NCBI GenBank assembly: GCA_034422655.1
Contig: DAOUJN010000039.1
Location: 80,937 to 144,936 of the forward strand
Direction: 5' to 3'
DNA: 64,000 bases
Source of the DNA: Dehalococcoidia bacterium
GTDB lineage: Bacteria > Chloroflexota > Dehalococcoidia > Lucifugimonadales > UBA3495
Made by a program: the position numbers and the translations under genes. Shown here in pieces: positions 61,915 to 64,000 of the stretch. How positions within the stretch are numbered: position 1 is the stretch's first letter; every line of letters starts with the position of its first letter. The notes under the pieces were generated by a model that ran no database searches, was not told the DNA's origin, and was given only the letters and a program-made list of their open reading frames with translations.

Positions 61915-62622
61915 ATGGGGTCTGCTGCGGTTTCTCGCCGGGCAGACCCCATTTCGTTCCGGGGCCGATTATTTCCCTTGCTGATTGACCTGCACACTCA
62001 CAGCTACCCCAAGTCCGACGACAGCTTTGTCAGCGTAGATGAACTTATAGCCGGGGCCAAAGCCCTGGGCCTGGACGGTATCTGTCTCACTGAACACGAT
62101 GCCTTCTGGAGTCCGGATGATATAAAGACCCTCTGCCGCCGGCACGATTTCCTGGTCCTTCCGGGTTGCGAAGTCAACACCGACGCGGGCCACATCCTGG
62201 TTTTCGGGTTGCATGAGTATGTGTTCGGCTTTCACAAGCCCGCCTTTCTGCGCCGGAAGGCTAACGAGGCCGGCGGAGTTTTAATCCCCGCCCACCCCTA
62301 CCGGCGCCGTTACCTGTCCGACCCCGGCAGAGACCCGGACTCCCGGGCCGAGATGCTGCAGCGGGCGGTGGCCGAGGATGTTTTCCTGATGTGCGACGCC
62401 ATCGAGGGCTGGAACGGCCGGGGCAAACCCGACGAGAACGAGTTTGCCAGGGACCTGGGAAATGCCTTTGCCCTGACATCCACCGGCGGCAGCGACGCTC
62501 ATCGCCTGGAGCAACTGGGGACGGTGGCCACCCGCTTTGACCGGCGAATAACCGGCCTGGACGACATGATTCAGGAAATAAAGGCCGGACGCTTCCGACC
62601 CGAGGCCCTGCGGCAAACCTAG
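61915..62622 (+). CDS. PHP-domain metal-dependent phosphoesterase
   Basis: IDLHTHS...LTEHD...GCEV...AHP pattern. The start codon is uncertain. Confidence 0.7.
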   Translation: MGSAAVSRRADPISFRGRLFPLLIDLHTHSYPKSDDSFVSVDELIAGAKALGLDGICLTEHDAFWSPDDIKTLCRRHDFLVLPGCEVNTDAGHILVFGLHEYVFGFHKPAFLRRKANEAGGVLIPAHPYRRRYLSDPGRDPDSRAEMLQRAVAEDVFLMCDAIEGWNGRGKPDENEFARDLGNAFALTSTGGSDAHRLEQLGTVATRFDRRITGLDDMIQEIKAGRFRPEALRQT

Positions 62623-62697
62623 CCACGGGTGGAGCCGGGGAGAGGCGTACTCAATGCTGCGGCGGTTCACTTCAAGGAATCAGGCACGGTTGAGCAA

Positions 62698-63672
62698 ATG
62701 AGCGAGATACTGAGAGTGGAAAACCTGCGGGTGGAGTTCGAGACCAACGCCGGCCAGGTGAAGGCCCTGAACGGCGTCAGCTTCTCCCAGGAGCAGGGCC
62801 AAATCTACTGCATAGTCGGCGAGAGCGGCGCCGGCAAGAGTACGCTGGCCCTGGCGATTATGGGCCTGCTGCCCGCGTCCGCCACCCTGGTCGAAGGCAG
62901 CGTGTACTTCAACGGCGTTGACCTGATGCGGGCCAGCCAGGACTACATGCGGGGCATACGGGGCAGCGAAATCACCATGGTTTTCCAGGATGCCCAGACG
63001 GCTCTCAACCCGGTGCAGACCGTGGGAACCCAGCTGGAAGAGGTCATCCTGAACCACAGCAACCTCTCCACCCGCCAGGCTAACCGCATGGCCCAGGATG
63101 TGTTGAGGGAACTGGGGCTGCCCGACCCCCGCCGCATTCTTGGCGAATATCCCTTCAACCTCAGCGGCGGCATGTGCCAGCGGGTGATGATCGGCATTGC
63201 CCTGGTGATGCAGCCCAAGCTGCTTATTGCCGACGAGGCCACCTCGGGCCTGGACGTTACGCTTCAGGCTGAAATCCTGGCTCGGCTGAAGAGCCTTTGC
63301 CGCGACCTGAACTCTGCAATCCTGCTCATTACCCACGACCTGGGCATTGTGGCCCACATGGGCAACCGGGTGGCGGTGATGTACGCCGGCAGCCTGGCCG
63401 AGACCGCCGATGTCATCCCCCTGTTCAAGGACCCGCGCCACCCCTACACCTGGTCGCTAATCCAGTCGCTGCCCCGCCTGGACGATGCCAACCGGAGGCT
63501 GCAACCCTTGCGGGGTACGCCACCGGACATGGTGAACCTCCCGGAGGAGTGCGCCTTTCTGCCTCGCTGTCACAAGGCAGTCAGTCAATGCCGGGTCAGC
63601 CCCAGGCCATCCCTGCAAGAGCTTGACGACAACCACTGGGCGGCCTGCTTCAATCCCATGTCGCCCCAGTGA
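62698..63672 (+). CDS. Oligopeptide/dipeptide-type ABC transporter ATP-binding protein (DppD/OppD-like)
   Basis: Walker A GESGAGKST, LSGGMCQRV, LLIADEATSGLD, and a C-terminal oligo_HPY region (HPYTWSL...C.F..RC). Confidence 0.85.
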   Translation: MSEILRVENLRVEFETNAGQVKALNGVSFSQEQGQIYCIVGESGAGKSTLALAIMGLLPASATLVEGSVYFNGVDLMRASQDYMRGIRGSEITMVFQDAQTALNPVQTVGTQLEEVILNHSNLSTRQANRMAQDVLRELGLPDPRRILGEYPFNLSGGMCQRVMIGIALVMQPKLLIADEATSGLDVTLQAEILARLKSLCRDLNSAILLITHDLGIVAHMGNRVAVMYAGSLAETADVIPLFKDPRHPYTWSLIQSLPRLDDANRRLQPLRGTPPDMVNLPEECAFLPRCHKAVSQCRVSPRPSLQELDDNHWAACFNPMSPQ

Positions 63673-63700
63673 ATTGAGAAGACCGGGGCCCGGCGCGCCA

Positions 63701-64000
63701 TTATCTTCGGCGCTGACCCCGGCCCCCGTCCCGGGATGCGGGGGCGGCCAGGTCAACCACCAGCATTTCCAGGGCCAGGTCTTCAGAGTCCACCCTTCCG
63801 GTCTTGAAGGCCAGGTCGGCTTCCAGCAGGCGCTGGTAACGCCGGTCCAGGTCTGGCCAGGCGTTGCGGCGGGCCTGTTCCGCCGTCTTACGGGCCACGA
63901 AGGGGGGCACCCCCAGCTTGGAAGGCAAGTCCTGCGGCGAGACCCGCTGCTCGGTCCAGTAGCGGGCCAGGCACACCAACCGTAGCTGCCGCTCCACCAT
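63701..64000 (-). CDS. holA: DNA polymerase III delta subunit, C-terminal part (runs off the window)
   Basis: LGVPPFVARKTAEQARR...LLEADLAFKTG pattern. The gene continues beyond 64000. Confidence 0.55.
   Translation of the reverse strand: MVERQLRLVCLARYWTEQRVSPQDLPSKLGVPPFVARKTAEQARRNAWPDLDRRYQRLLEADLAFKTGRVDSEDLALEMLVVDLAAPASRDGGRGQRRR

Overview
High-GC bacterial chromosome fragment with frequent GTG/TTG starts and 1-4 nt gene overlaps. The gene content (Rieske oxygenase, F420/LLM, ACMSD-type amidohydrolases, CMD, PrpD, FAH paralogs, lipoprotein SBPs on long tethers, RNase J) suggests a Chloroflexota/SAR202-like organism. That assignment is inference only; all family calls are by-eye motif recognition with no database search.

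Layout:
(1) 0-10.3 kb: GMC oxidoreductase, a Fur-family regulator overlapping a ZnuABC-like metal importer, a His-tailed MFS protein, and a DUF2339/DUF3999-like membrane pair.
(2) 10.3-21 kb: housekeeping and redox genes (SDR, typA, VOC, an orphan molybdo-hydroxylase large subunit) interleaved with visibly AT-richer accessory modules: a DUF433/PIN-like TA pair, a three-ORF islet and higBA.
(3) 21-53.4 kb: a large accessory catabolic region. One arm is on the minus strand: CMD x2, SDR, Rieske oxygenase alpha/beta, LLM oxidoreductase, a 20-repeat ankyrin lipoprotein, ASST-like protein, MFS, family-5 ABC importer, cupin/AKR/aldolase. The other arm is on the plus strand: a second family-5 ABC importer, five tandem ACMSD-type amidohydrolase paralogs, VOC, FAH, MmgE/PrpD and a double-CMD protein.
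(4) 53.5-64 kb: tRNA-Arg(UCU) and core genes (B12-binding domain, yceD-rpmF-fabD-nusB-acpP, UDG, RNase J, ftsK, PHP, an orphan OppD-like ATPase, holA fragment).

Observations most worth a second look:
- the five-member amidohydrolase array, interrupted by a GIY-YIG nuclease gene bracketed by perfect 28-bp hairpin inverted repeats;
- a lipoprotein-type ankyrin protein translationally coupled to an LLM oxidoreductase;
- an identical 27-nt leader element with CACGAAT iterons shared by two catabolic genes, in a 32-kb region with no recognisable transcription factor;
- a structured REP family confined to that cluster;
- two ABC importers with no ATPase genes.

No CRISPR array, rRNA, integrase or transposase was seen.
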